Source: the human T2T-CHM13v2.0 reference genome, Homo sapiens
Reading direction: 5' to 3' (one strand)
DNA: 64,000 bases
NCBI RefSeq assembly: GCF_009914755.1
Contig: NC_060941.1
The notes below the pieces were generated by a model, which saw nothing but the letters and a program-made list of their open reading frames with translations, was not told where the DNA came from and did not search any database. Positions 23,993-38,081 of the stretch are shown here, piece by piece (position 1 is the first letter of the stretch; every line of letters begins with the position of its first letter). Position numbers and translations under genes: made by a program.

Positions 23993-26900
23993 CTGACCGG
24001 CTCGGCTTCTGTTTGTTTATTTCATCTCTACTCAGTACTGCCCTGTTCCCTGGTTTTAAAGTTGTACTGAAATGCATACCTTGTGATAATGTTGTCACAT
24101 TTTGTCCTTATTGTGTCGTGCCACTTAATATGTTCATTAAAAAAAAAAAATGGCCAGAAACAGAGATTTGATCCATAGACAATACCTGGCAAGCTTATGC
24201 TGGTACCTGTAAAGAACTGGTGGTTTCCATCTGACTCCTAGTTTCATGTAATCGTAATTTATTCATTTGTTTGTTTAGATGTTTAACAAATCTTTGCTGT
24301 ATGTAAGATATTTCAGGAAAATCAGCAACAGGGGGAACAACTTGCAAAAACAAAGGAAAAAAAGCTAGCTGTGGCCATACCCTCTCTGAGCTTAAAATTC
24401 CTATGGGAACAAAAATGTTTCAGTTTACAAGAATTCAGAATGGATTTGCATATAGTCCAAGCTAATCATCTTCCTATTAGTGTCCTATTTTGAGAGTTTG
24501 TCAGAGTGGTTGATAAGAGTCCTTAGTTTTTTCTTGACATTTGAGAATGAATTTAAATTAAAATAAAATGCTTTCTGTGTAGAAGTCTGTTGTGAGCCAA
24601 ACCTTACTGTAACTATTTTAGTATCCTTCACTGTTGAGCATTTCTTTTTGCTGGGTCATATGAAAGTAATGTTAAATTAGTGGTAGGGAAAATTTTTATG
24701 ATTCTCTCTATGGGTTCCTAACATTGTTTTTGGCTGTATTTTTAAAATGTGGTGAGAACTATAGACTTTTCATAGGCAGGTGTATATACACAACATTTTG
24801 TATACAAACCGTAGACCTCTAAAGATGCACAGGTGAAGAACTCTGCATTATGTGTTAAAATAAAATGTTTTATTGGAATGTGAAATGATTTCTGTATTCC
24901 TATTTTGTGCCACTGCAGTGTAAGTGGAAAGAGTCATTTTATTTAGACTCCTGGATGAATGTTGTGTTGTCCCTTTGTGCTACCTGTGTGTGACATCCAG
25001 TTTTAGTTGGCTGGATCTTAAGGGAAAGGTTTCCTATATAGTTAAAGTTGTAAACTTTTCTTTCAGGTACTAGGGAAAGTAATTTTAAAAAATTATTTCC
25101 TGCTTTTTACAGTTTGTGTTATGTGTGCTTCAACTTTGTTGATGAACATTATTAAACATTTTAGTAATATGGATTGATTTTAGCCATTGTTAAAAAGGTC
25201 ATAAAGGTAAAGAGGGTACTTCCTTTTGACACTTAAAAGTTTTTCTCACTGATTAATTTGATAATATTTTGGGTTGTATAATGCTTACTCAAGTTTTGTA
25301 GGAATTCAAGAATGAAAATAGGAAATTGTTGTCCATCATTTGTAATGTTACATTATCAGTGGCTACTGGCTACTGTGACAGTTCCAGTTGGGATGCTATT
25401 AAAAATCCCAGCTGTACTTGAAGAACTTTCAAGGCAGTCATGAGACCTACAAACTGGTTGCTGTCACATGTATACCCACCACATGGTACTACCTAGCTTC
25501 GTTTACCATCTCGAATTCTTGAACAAGCATAGCAGTTGGGGATGGGAGAGGATGGCAGTACAACACATCAATTAACATATAGTTGAGGAGTACCTTTGGA
25601 TTCCATGACTTCATTAATACTGGAAGAATAAGTGTTTTTGCATTAATATGCATTAAAATTTGATACCAATTGATGACAGATGTATGCCATCTCTGAATTA
25701 AAGAATGCATTTATTATTGGTTTCTTCAAAGAAGAATAGTCTTTCATCACACTTGAGAGAGTTCATTCATTCCTCATTTAGGTACATTGACTGGATTGAC
25801 AGGCACAAATATACAGAATCAATGTATGATTAAGGAGGTGTTTGATTTGAGACTTTACGGTTTTAAAGGAACCATGAGACGGTGGTTCACACAGCTGAGA
25901 GCTTTCCATTGCTGTTGGTGAAATGAGAAACACGCTTGAAGTAACTCTGTGCTAACATCTTAATACACACTTTGAGAATAAAGAAGGATTGCATTATTAG
26001 ATGTTAAGCTGGAAATGATCCTTAAGATTTACTTGCAATATCTGTAGAAAAGTGAACTGTGATATTAGCTTGATTTTTTTCTTTGTATTATTCCTCATTT
26101 TTAGTTCTGAGGAATTCCTTCCCCAAATTTATTTTGCCATATATAAGAAATATTTGAAAAAGGTGACTTCTTAGTAACCAGAGTTAATTACCCCAAAGAC
26201 TTAATCTAAAAATCAGTTTTGATATAATCAGATTTAGTGAGGTAACATTGTAAGAGTTATACTTAAAACAATTTTTTGATGTTTGGTTTGAGGACAGTCT
26301 CCCAAGCTATCGGTGAGTTTCTGCATTAGGACCTAAGATGTGAACATGGTTTACCCTTTAGTTTTAATTGCACGTGCTTGGGAAAAGGGTCTTGCTCTCC
26401 TGTGAGTGGGAGTAATTTGTATACTTGTGCCTGAATGACTAGTCTTAGGGCTGCCTAGGGCAAAGCCAGTGTTGCCTCTGGGGTTTCTTAAAGCTCAGGG
26501 AGAACAACCTTCAACTCTTACCAGGGATTTACTTCTAACTGTGATCAGTATCCTTTACAAATAACATTTATTTAGTGTCCTGTTTTGCACGGTGGTGGGG
26601 TAACCACTGAATGAAAACATTAGACATGAACAGTCACTGTCCTCTACATAAAGTAGGTGCCTGCTCAGCTCTCTGGCAGGTGGAAATGGGAGAGGATGGC
26701 AATACAACACATCAATTAACATATAGATGAGGAGTACCTCATCTATATGTTAACCAGCTCTCTGGTTAAATGTAGCGGGGTAAAGCCCAGAGTTCAGACC
26801 AAATGTTTGAAGAGGCAGTTAGGATTAGGTTTCTGAGCTAGGGTAATTCAGATCTGGGAGAAACACCTAGCATCATCAGTCAGAATCAGGATGCCACAGA

Positions 26901-28820
26901 AAATCTAGGGACACAGGAGAAAAGAGAGTAAATGAAATGTCACAGCTTAGACCATGGGCTTACAAGCTCAGATGGCTGACAGAGGGAAGAATGACTGTAA
27001 GCCTCTGATGCCTGACAGTATATTCTCCACCTGACTCTGCCTGCAGTGTAAAAAATCCTGCATGCCTAGAGTACCAGCTTCCCTGTTGTTTTCTAGCAGA
27101 CTCATGTCCAGATTGACTTCTTGAAGGTATGCATGCCCTTTTCATGTTTGTAGAATATGTGCGAAAAACCAAAGAAACGTGAAAAAGTAAGAATGAAAAT
27201 GAGAGGGAGTATAAGGACTGAAGTACCTGTCACTAAAGATGATGGCAGGCAGTGGAATCTGAATTGTTGTGTGAAGGGTTAATACTGTAATAAAGCTGTC
27301 ATCTCATTGAAGAACTGAATAATATTGAGCAGGTAGGTGGGAATAAGAATGTGTCATGTTAAATTTGTCATTGTGGATCATTATGATGACTTTTCAGTCT
27401 TCTGCTTGAGAAATTATCTGGGTTAATCAGGAAAAACAGATCTGTTGTTTGAGGGTAGGTGCATAGGCCGGACTGAGTTAGCAATGTGACCTGGTATGCA
27501 AGAGTTTCAAGTATTTTCTTTCTGTTGGAGATCTGCCTAACTTGTCTTGTTCTTTTGAACCTCAGCTCTACCCTTTCACCTCTACTGTTTCATTGATGTG
27601 AGTCTTGCTGATTCTGGCCTGTTAACCTGATTTTGATTCCTGCAATCCTGCCTCTCCTTGATTATTTGGATTTTGACTTTAGTGTCCTTGACCTGGAGTT
27701 GAGACCCAGCCTAATCCTGATGCTTGATAGTAAGGACTAGAGCCCTCTGCTGACAGTATCAGCAGCCCACAGCTCAGCTGTTCCCTGAGTAGAACGGAAC
27801 TTTAATCTGCTGGTTGAGTAGGCCTCCCTGGTGTAGATAGTATGGTGAGTATGGGAAGTCAGGTATCAGAAAAGTATGGCTTGGCTTGTTTTCCTGCCAC
27901 TGGAGAGACCATGCCACTTCTGTCAAAAGTTCCATTACCAAATTATTTCAGTGGGGATTATGATGATGAATAATGATTTGAGGAGGTTCATTTTAGTGTT
28001 TAAACATTGGTCTTGCATGTTCTGAAAGCACTAGAATGATACTGGGATGGCCTTCAATTGGAAAAGTTCCTTTTTGATGGCATAGAGTGCTTTGTTAGGC
28101 CATTTTATTCACTTCCAAAGGGCCGCAGTGATCATATTTGATTATCCAAATCACCTATGGGATGCAGATGTCATGGCTCTTTTGTTTAGAATTGAGACTG
28201 TAGTCTAATATCTTAGGCCGTCGTTCGGTCAGATCATGTGACTTACTTAAGGCATCTGTGATTGAGCTGTATTCTTTTATGCTTCCTAATATTGCTTAAA
28301 AGCTGTGGTGGTCATATGAAAAGTGTAAGTAGAGCATTTCCAGGAGGAGACATATTCAAGGGGTGTGGCAGGGCTGGCCTCTAGGCAGCCTTGATTTTGA
28401 ACTCAGGTTGCTTATGTAGATGGGGTTGGAATTCCCAGTATACATGTGTGCTTGTTTTGCTGTCACTCCAAGTTAATGTTTTTCAGACTGTGAGTTTGTT
28501 CCATTAACAGAATTGGATGTGCAACCCAAGAAATAAAACAGCCAAAATCAGTACTGTTCGGGGTTATGTGAGGGTGGGAAGCAGACTCTACCTGCAGCCA
28601 TATTGGAAGCCCTTGGGGCACCAGCTCTGAGGAATTAATAGGGGTACAATTAAGACAGTTTGGAAATGGTTGCTCTAGGTGAATTTTAGTCAATCATTAT
28701 ATGTTTTTGAACATTCTAAAGATCTGGTTTCTGAAACCTTCTACCATCACTTGGTTAAACTGAATGAATTTTGACATTGGACTAAATCCCAACTTACATA
28801 GTTATCTGGAGAAAAACCTG

Positions 28821-29138
<318 letters not shown>

Positions 29139-30395
29139 AAAAACCTGTCTTACCATACCTCACTCTGCGTGGGTGTCATTTGAACCAGTATGTGATATAT
29201 TTCCTGCATATTTTCTATCATTCTTTGTCATCTTATGGCTATGCCTCTGAAATTTGTTGTATATGTCAGATTTCTATTGTTACCTCACTTTATTGTCGTA
29301 AGTACTGAAATGATGATCTGTCATTTATGGTCTTCAGACCCTTAAAAATTTCGGTGCTAAGATTGACATTGTTTCTTTAAATGTGGATGATGTGGTTAGT
29401 AAAGAGGAAGAAGATGATACCACTCTTACCAAGGCATGTCAAACTTGTTCCATTAACTTGGTCCTCAGGGCAGCTCTTCCCATAATGTAATATAACACAT
29501 GCTTTTGGAACTGAACTCCCAGGTGCTCTGATAATACGTAGCAGAAGGTAAGGTAAAAGGAATTAAGTGGATCTCAGTATCCCCAGTGAGAAGAATGGGG
29601 TATTACTATTAATTAATTAATTAATTAATGGGGCTAAGATACAACTGAGAGTTTATTAAATTGATTTTAAAAGACTTGAATGATTTTTGCAATTAAGAAT
29701 TAGCATTCTTTCTTCTGCCCGTAGTAAAATCATATATGCTTTCACAATTTAAAATAATTGACTTAACAGACACTTATTTTTTCACAGGAAAGAAAGATTT
29801 ACATCTGTGATCAGCATTCTAGATAATTTGCTTGCTTCTTTTGCTGTTTGTTTTGGTTAATGTTGCCATCTGCTTTGACCTTATTAATGATGGCTTTGTG
29901 AGATATCATGGCCATTTTCGTGTGTGATCTATTTAGAAGACTCTAGCTGATAAGGAGGAACTCGTACCACAAATTAGGAAAATAAGAATACCTAAGATTT
30001 TCTGCAGCCCAGAGGAAGGTGATAGGATATTGATGTGCTGCTATGGTTTCTAGGATTTTCCAACTTTGGTTTCTAGGATTTTCCAACTTTGTATTACAAC
30101 TGAATTCTGGACATTTTTGCTGGGAAAGCAGCATATTTGTAGGGTTCAGAATAGTAGGGACACTGGAGGAGTGTGATCCTTGCTCTCCTATCCTCTACAT
30201 CACTGACTTTGGTTGATCTGATGTCAATCATTGACTAGCAGTGGATTCCCCTTCACATTAATGACAGTAACCTTAAGAGGGATCTTTAGCAGGGATTACT
30301 TAATGAACAATGAAGGGTATGTTTATGGCATAGCAGTATTGGTGTTTGTAGATCACAGAAACTGGATGCGTTTTCAAAATATTACAACTGTGTTG

Positions 30396-30592
30396 TAATA
30401 TTATATATAAATTATATATAATATATTACATATAATATATATTAAATATTAAATATATTAAATATTATACAATATTAAATATAATATTAAATATACAATA
30501 TTTAATATATTATCTATAATATGTATGTAATATATAATATATATTAAATATATATAATATATAATATATATTAAATATATTATATATAATAT
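30396..30592. repeat. AT-only low-complexity tract (~200 bp)
   Basis: Degenerate (ATATTA/ATATA)n. Confidence 0.92.
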
Positions 30593-30803
30593 GTAAAAGA
30601 TTAAGATAATCTTTGTTCTTTTCTTCTTTTGATTTTTAATGCTGAACCTTTGCTATATCACTCTTTATTTTCTGTGGAGAGGAGGTCCCATGTGCTGTGT
30701 TTGCTCATGTACTAGTTCTAGGATTTCTGCATGGGTAATTAAATATTTACTAATATCTACCTGGTACAAAAGGTGGACAACTGTCATCATAGGGAGCTTT
30801 TGA

Positions 30804-31191
<388 letters not shown>

Positions 31192-34100
31192 TCGGAATAC
31201 AGATTCTTTTGGTAACCTTAGATGATAGTAGGTGCTTATGTAGGGGAACAAGCCCCCTGCACTGAAGTATGGGTTTTAGCTAACCTAGTTATAGCAGATT
31301 CCACATAGATTGCTGAAGAGTAAATGCCTTCTGGTATTCTGATTTTGGTTGGTGGTAAATTGGAAATGATGCTTTGCCTTGCTAATGGCCAAATTACTAG
31401 TAGCTTGCATTATTTTATCTTGTGTCTATTTGTTTTAATTGGTGCCTGGAAGAATCTCTAAAGCCCTACACTGATTTCCTCTAATGATTGAATTCGTTAC
31501 CTTGCTGAGTTTCATTGTGTCTGAGTCCTAATTTCTGATCCAGGAACTCACCTGTCTTTTACTTTGGAATACTCTACCTATTCCTAACTTCTCTAAGCAG
31601 CTACAGGTGTACCTGTGCAGCAGGGAGATGTATCTCCTACTCTGCTCTTACTGTCTTTTTATACTGCCCTCTCGGACACTCAGCTGAGCCATACAAACAC
31701 CTGACAAGAATTTGTCATGTGAGAATTTAGAGATCTGCCAGGACTGATGGTCATGTCCTTCCATGTCAGTTTTCCCATTTCTTATGCTCCTCACATCTCA
31801 TTCCTCCATGCATTGTCTCCATTTTAAAACAAAACAAAAATAGCATCAGTTAGAATTGATAGCCATTTTGTAAGTTTATTTGATTATGTTGCTGTTTTCA
31901 AGTGTGTCTGTGGCACCACTGCTTTCTAAAGTCATTTTCTGGACTCCTCAGTTCTTGATTCCTTACATGTTTGCTGATGACTCATATCCTTTTTGCCTAG
32001 AATGTTCAGATCCTAGGAACTGACATCTGTCATGTCCTCCGTAGAACTTCTGTTTATGAAGTGCATATATGACTTGTCATCCGATCCTTTTTTACTCTTG
32101 AGTCTTTTGAGTATATAATGACCTATTATTTTCCCTTTCTCCCTGCAGGAATGGGATCAGGTAACCCAGAGTGCCTCTTCACATACATTGTTCAAGAGCT
32201 TAACTTGGTAGGAAGGAAAACTGGGTTATTTGGGAGAATCAGTAGTTGTCACATCAGGACACCGGCAGTCACAGAATGGGTCATTTCAAGGCAGGCCCTG
32301 GTGCTTTGGGATAAGGTGTGTGCTGACCTCTCTAGTAACTGAGATATCTTTGAGCACCCTAACATGGAGATGTAAGGGTTAACTCTGAATCAGGGTGACT
32401 GGCAAGGACCACTATCAGAATCAGCCAGGTATTTATTGAGCATCTAGGCACAATGCTACTTGGTGACCTGCTTCTTAGGAACTACAACGTGAGCCTTTAT
32501 TTTGCCTCGTCTGCAACTCCATCCTTAGCCTTTGCGTTGTCAGCCTGCCTTCCTTTGCCACACTTGAGTCTTCCTAACCTTACCCCTTAATAGCAATCAC
32601 TTCATCATCATGCGCTTTCCCACTATCCCTTCTCCCTGTCTCTTCCCACCCATGAAAACAAATTTAGAAAATGAAGGGAAATAAACAAACAAACAAAAAG
32701 TCACCATTATGATGGGATTGAGGCATAATATCTGAGTAAGAAGGGAATAAATTAGTTTTCCTTGACAGTATATACTGCCTGTTTCTGTCCATCCTCTTAT
32801 TTGCTTCTTTTTCTTTGCTCTTCCACTCCAGTCCTTAAGCGAGTTTAGTTTTATTCGTTCCTCTTGTCCCTTTTCATGATAACAATGTGTCATAGTCTGC
32901 TTTAAAGTTTTTCATACTTACCGATGTTAGTTTTATTGCTAGTCATTCATCCCTGATGAGCACCAACAAATTGTATGTGAGAGATGGATTTGGTAGGGTT
33001 TGGATATGAGGCTGGAGAATTGTGTCACTGTGAAGAGAGAGCTCCCCTGGAGATCTCAGTGTAAAGTTGGAGGACACCTAGAACAGCACCACATTTACAT
33101 TGTTCTTCAGTATCAGTAAAAGAGTTATTTATACTTTAAATTCAAGTTGTTAAAAATGGAGGCATTCCACATGAGGCTAAATATTATTCAAGATTTTGGT
33201 CCATCGATGTTATAAGCTGTCAACATTTAAATCTACCAATGACTTCCAGGTGCCATGTTGCACAAAAAGAAGGAAAGCAGCCTTTCAACAACTTGGAATT
33301 TGGGACATTTCTATATGATTGGGACTGTTCACCAAGTGGATGTTGCTGTGTTTTGTGACGAGATGGAGTAGAGGACAAGGGGATCATTTGTAACTGAACA
33401 TTTTTAGCTTGTCCTATGGGACTTGTTAACTTTCTATTACCGCGGCCTAATCCATACAGAACTCCCAACAACTAAATTTGTGGCTGATCCAACCAATGGC
33501 ATGAGTTGGACTGACAGTTTTAGAAAAAATACGCTTTTTGGAATTTTTTTTTAATTGGACAAGAACCATGCATAATATTAATAGTCTTAAAGCCAGAGAA
33601 CTGGGAATGTAATCTTTTTTTCCTGTGTCTCTAAGTGACTCTCAATTGGAGTGATGTTGGCATTTCTGACCTGTATCTACCTGCTGTTTTTATTGGCATT
33701 TACCTGCTTTATTGGGCTTATATGCAATCTTGAATACAGATTTGGACACCAATTAAAAAAAATTAACTTCAAGTTTATAAATTTCTTTACTATAGAAAAC
33801 TACTTATATATGTAGAGTAGTAATTTTTGTTTTGATTTTCAATGTTTTCTTTATGTTATATTCCAAATAAAGTAAAACTTGAAATAATCTGAAAATACTT
33901 TTTATTATTGGGAAAGAGATGTGGATTCTTTTTCAAGAAACACAATTTAATTTTCCTGGAAGCGTGTAATAACTTAAGCTAAGTTAGTAAAGTAGTGTTA
34001 AGTAAAAGAGCTCAGTAACCCCATAATGAAAAAGAATGATTTTGAAAATAATATAAAAAACTTAATGTTCTTGAGTTGATTTTCTTAAGTATTTTATGGT

Positions 34101-34725
34101 TTCCTGTAGTTTTCATTCTACTATTTACTGCCAGGGAAAAAAAGGTTTGCTGAGCTCAAGTAAACAGCCTTATCTAACTTTTAAATTTATATAAATAAAT
34201 GAAATTTTCCTGCTATTCAAAGTTTTTTATCAATGGTTGTTGCTTCTGAACATTATGATTATGAGGATTTCAAGTCATATAATTGGCGTCACCTTGTTAC
34301 TTCCATTTTTCTGTGCTCTTAAGGACAGCTTTATAAAGGGAAGAGAAGTTTGTTCTTATTGATGTTCAATTTTTAGGTAGTTATGCTCCTTTAATGTTAG
34401 AAGATCCTGGACTCACTTGATTCAAATGTAGAAGTCTTTCCCATAGATATTGTTTTGATGGTTCATTAGAAAAACTTTCTTGGTAGTAGCTTTAGTCTCT
34501 TAAGTATTCTCTAATTTGAATTGTTGATTGTCATTATGTATTCTACTTGAGTTATTTATTGAGTTATTAAAATCACTAATTTGAAGTTACTGCTATTATA
34601 GGCATGTGTTTGTAGTTGATCCCCTTTTGGGGTCCTTTAGGCCTTTTGAAATAGTTTATTAATTCCTCACATATGATAAATGTTACAGTTCAACCCTAAA
34701 ACATTAGTATAATTAAGAGTTAGCA

Positions 34726-35156
<431 letters not shown>

Positions 35157-37555
35157 TTAGACTAGTAGGCCATTCAGCTGCTCTGTGTTCTATTTTGTAC
35201 TAAAGTGACATTAAAGAATACTTACAGATGAATAGGTTTTCCTGCCAGTGCTGATGATCTCAAAGATAGAGCTGTGCTAGGAACTCTCTACATTCTGGTT
35301 AGTAACAATTCTGTCAGAGATTGTCTCAGTGTTAGGTATCAGTAAGATGTTGGAACTTCAGTTAGGCCTTTAGATCATGTAGTCCATATATCCTTTCTGT
35401 AGCTACGGTAGGGTTTTCGGACACAGGCTCGCTCCCAAAAGTCAGTTATTGATGATAACTGTTGAGGTTTTGACTGTAATATGCTTCCTAGTTGAAATAT
35501 AAATATTTGTACAAATGTGTATTTAGCATACCACACAACCAGTTTTGTGAAACAAAAGATAAACTAGTAAAGAGGACACCTTTTAAAAATAGTAGTTTAT
35601 GTGTGTTAGTATATATCCATTTGCCAATATATTCATACTAGTAAAAATAGAAAAAAATACATTTGTTAACACCTTTTAATAGTGAGAGGTAGAAATCTTC
35701 CCCAACCAAAGGGTTATTTGATTTTTCTTCTCTACTTGTCTCTAATATTAAACAACTCTTCGTCTGTTTTAAATTTAGATATATAGGATTATTAAGATTC
35801 TTTTATAAATAATTACCTTCCTAAATTAGCATTTTCACAGCTACACTTTTAGAGTTATTTTTTAAAAAACAGGTATAAAGGTAGAATATTTACAAAAATT
35901 ATTACATCATGCTTTGAACAAATACAGATCACATCTCTGGGCTATTTTGACTTTTAAAAATATCCTTTTTGAGCAAACATGCTGAAGTTGATTTAAAAGT
36001 AAGATTATTAATCCATAAACTATGAAAATAATCAAAATGAGAAAGAAGGGAAACTTTCCTTAACGTTAATAGAACTAGTCTTATTTTGTTTCCATTTTTC
36101 ATTCTTACTTTAGTGCTTGTTTATCTGAGCATTGATATTTAATATAAAAGTTGTAGGTAAATCTGTGTCTGTAACATAGATGCCAGTTACTAAATTTTAT
36201 TTGCTTATGAAATACTGTAGGTAGCAAGCTGTAAATTTTAAGTAGCAAAATTAAATTTGTTTGGAATATATGGAATTCCTCAAAAATGAAACGGAGAGAA
36301 CCTACTTCTGTTCCTTAAACAACTGCTTATTCTCATGTCACATGAAATACATCTTTTATATCTCTTTGTGCCTCTGGCTTCTTTTCTGTAAAATGGGCTC
36401 AAGAATTTAATTGACTGCCTTCATCCCTTTCAAGAACATTTGACAGATACTTCGAAGTCTTTGGAAGACAAAATGCCACCTTGTGTATTTTTTGATACTA
36501 ACTTGCCTTGTAAGTACACACTATGTATTGTACACAGTGGCGTGATGTGACATTGTGAACTTTTTTATGAGAACAGAAGTTGTTTGCATGCTTTGATGTT
36601 AAACTATAATTTTATTATTATTTTTTTATAATTTCTGAACATGATTCTTTCCTATATTGTCCCTCCCAACACCTCTGTGTTCTATACTGTTCCTGAATAA
36701 GAGGTGGGAGGAGGTGGGGTACTTAATGTTTTCTGGCAGTCTCTTAGAAATGTGCAAAGAAATTGTTGTACAGCTTGGTTAGGAATATATCCCTGGTCTG
36801 CAGTATATGGAGGAGCGCTTTAGCACCTTAGGAATAGACAAAAAGAGCCCTCTGTTTCCTCAGTTTTAGGTTTTCTTCCACAGGTTTATGCTGCCCTACA
36901 TGCTGACTCATGGGTTGGAGAGTCAGGTAGAACTTTTTGTTTTTAATGTATAGAAAGTGCAGTTAAAGGACAGAGTCCCAATCTAGGATTTTGGAGACCT
37001 GGATTCTTGCCTGGTGCACTGCTCCTATACTAGTATTCACTTTATCCGGTTCTGGACTATTTCCCGTCTTTATGAATGAGGACACTGTGGTATGAGTGTC
37101 CTCATGAGTGAATGAGTGAAGAGGGATGTTCTTGCATTGAATGCCTAGATTGCATACAATTTTGAAACGGTGATTAAAAGTATGTATACAGCTACCTATA
37201 ATTATTCATATGAAACTGTTAAAACTCATTATCATTTTCTTTATATTTGCATGTGGGGGTTAATTTTTACTGCCTAAGAACTTTGTTGCATAACTCCCAA
37301 CATTATTAGTAAATGCTCATGGTTAAATTGCCCTGTCTCCTTTAAAGGATTTCTAAGTGCTGTTTGTTAAACTTTCTGTGATTAAAGTAATTCTTGTGAA
37401 GTATAAGGAAAGATGATAATTTTCATATCTGGTATTTGTGAAGTTTGGTAATTTTTAGTCTCGTAACGGTTTTTCTCTACCATGAGACTAAAAATTATTG
37501 GTGTTTTTGACAAAATTATTGTGTTTTTTTGACATCTTTTGTCATTCTTTTCCAG

Positions 37556-37675
37556 AGAATTCGGTCAACAGTGGATGAAAAAGAACAAAAACAACTTCTT
37601 ATGGATTTGGATGTAGTAATGCGGAGTAGTGATTGCCCATACATTGTTCAGTTTTATGGTGCACTCTTCAGAGAG
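37556..37675 (+). CDS. MAP2K4: MAP2K4 coding exon 4 (120 nt; R132-E171)
   Basis: ttttccag|AGA ATT CGG...AGA GAG|gtagga; RIRSTVDEKEQKQLLMDLDVVMRSSDCPYIVQFYGALFRE; phase 0/0, in frame with exon 3. Confidence 0.98.
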
Positions 37676-37869
37676 GTAGGAATAAACTGGGTTTTAGCTG
37701 ACTAATGAATATCTAATTGGGACAAATGAAGATGGCAGGATTCGATTCTATTCTTAAATGCCATACATTAGTAATAAGTTAATATCTCAGTATCTTAGTG
37801 TTTAACCATGATAATTTACATATTAACTTCTGACTCTTTTTGCGGTGGTGGGTAAGGGGTGAATCACAC

Positions 37870-37870
<1 letters not shown>

Positions 37871-37913
<43 letters not shown>
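37871..37913. repeat. (TG)n microsatellite ~200 nt downstream of exon 4
   Basis: Direct reading. Confidence 0.95.
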
Positions 37914-37915
<2 letters not shown>

Positions 37916-38052
37916 TTTAGTATTGGTGGCTGTCATTTGTAAATCTCATACAAATATTTTCTGTTCTTTAAGAACCTGAAAAATCAGCTGACTTCTAAAT
38001 ATCAGCACTTTTGCTATAGTTTTAGATTTTCATTGGGCCTTGAGCAACGCCT

Positions 38053-38081
38053 CCCCCCCCCCCCCCCCCCCCCCCCCCCCC
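38053..38081. repeat. C29 homopolymer
   Basis: Direct reading. Confidence 0.95.

Noticed and set aside
23811-24171. ORFs on both strands across miR-744 (possible miPEP)
   Set aside because: No promoter or splice context, no homology; GC-rich sequence explains the open frames.
37076-37105. 11-bp stem ATGAGGACACT...AGTGTCCTCAT
   Set aside because: Too short for a miRNA or snoRNA and sits at the edge of a MIR-like fragment.
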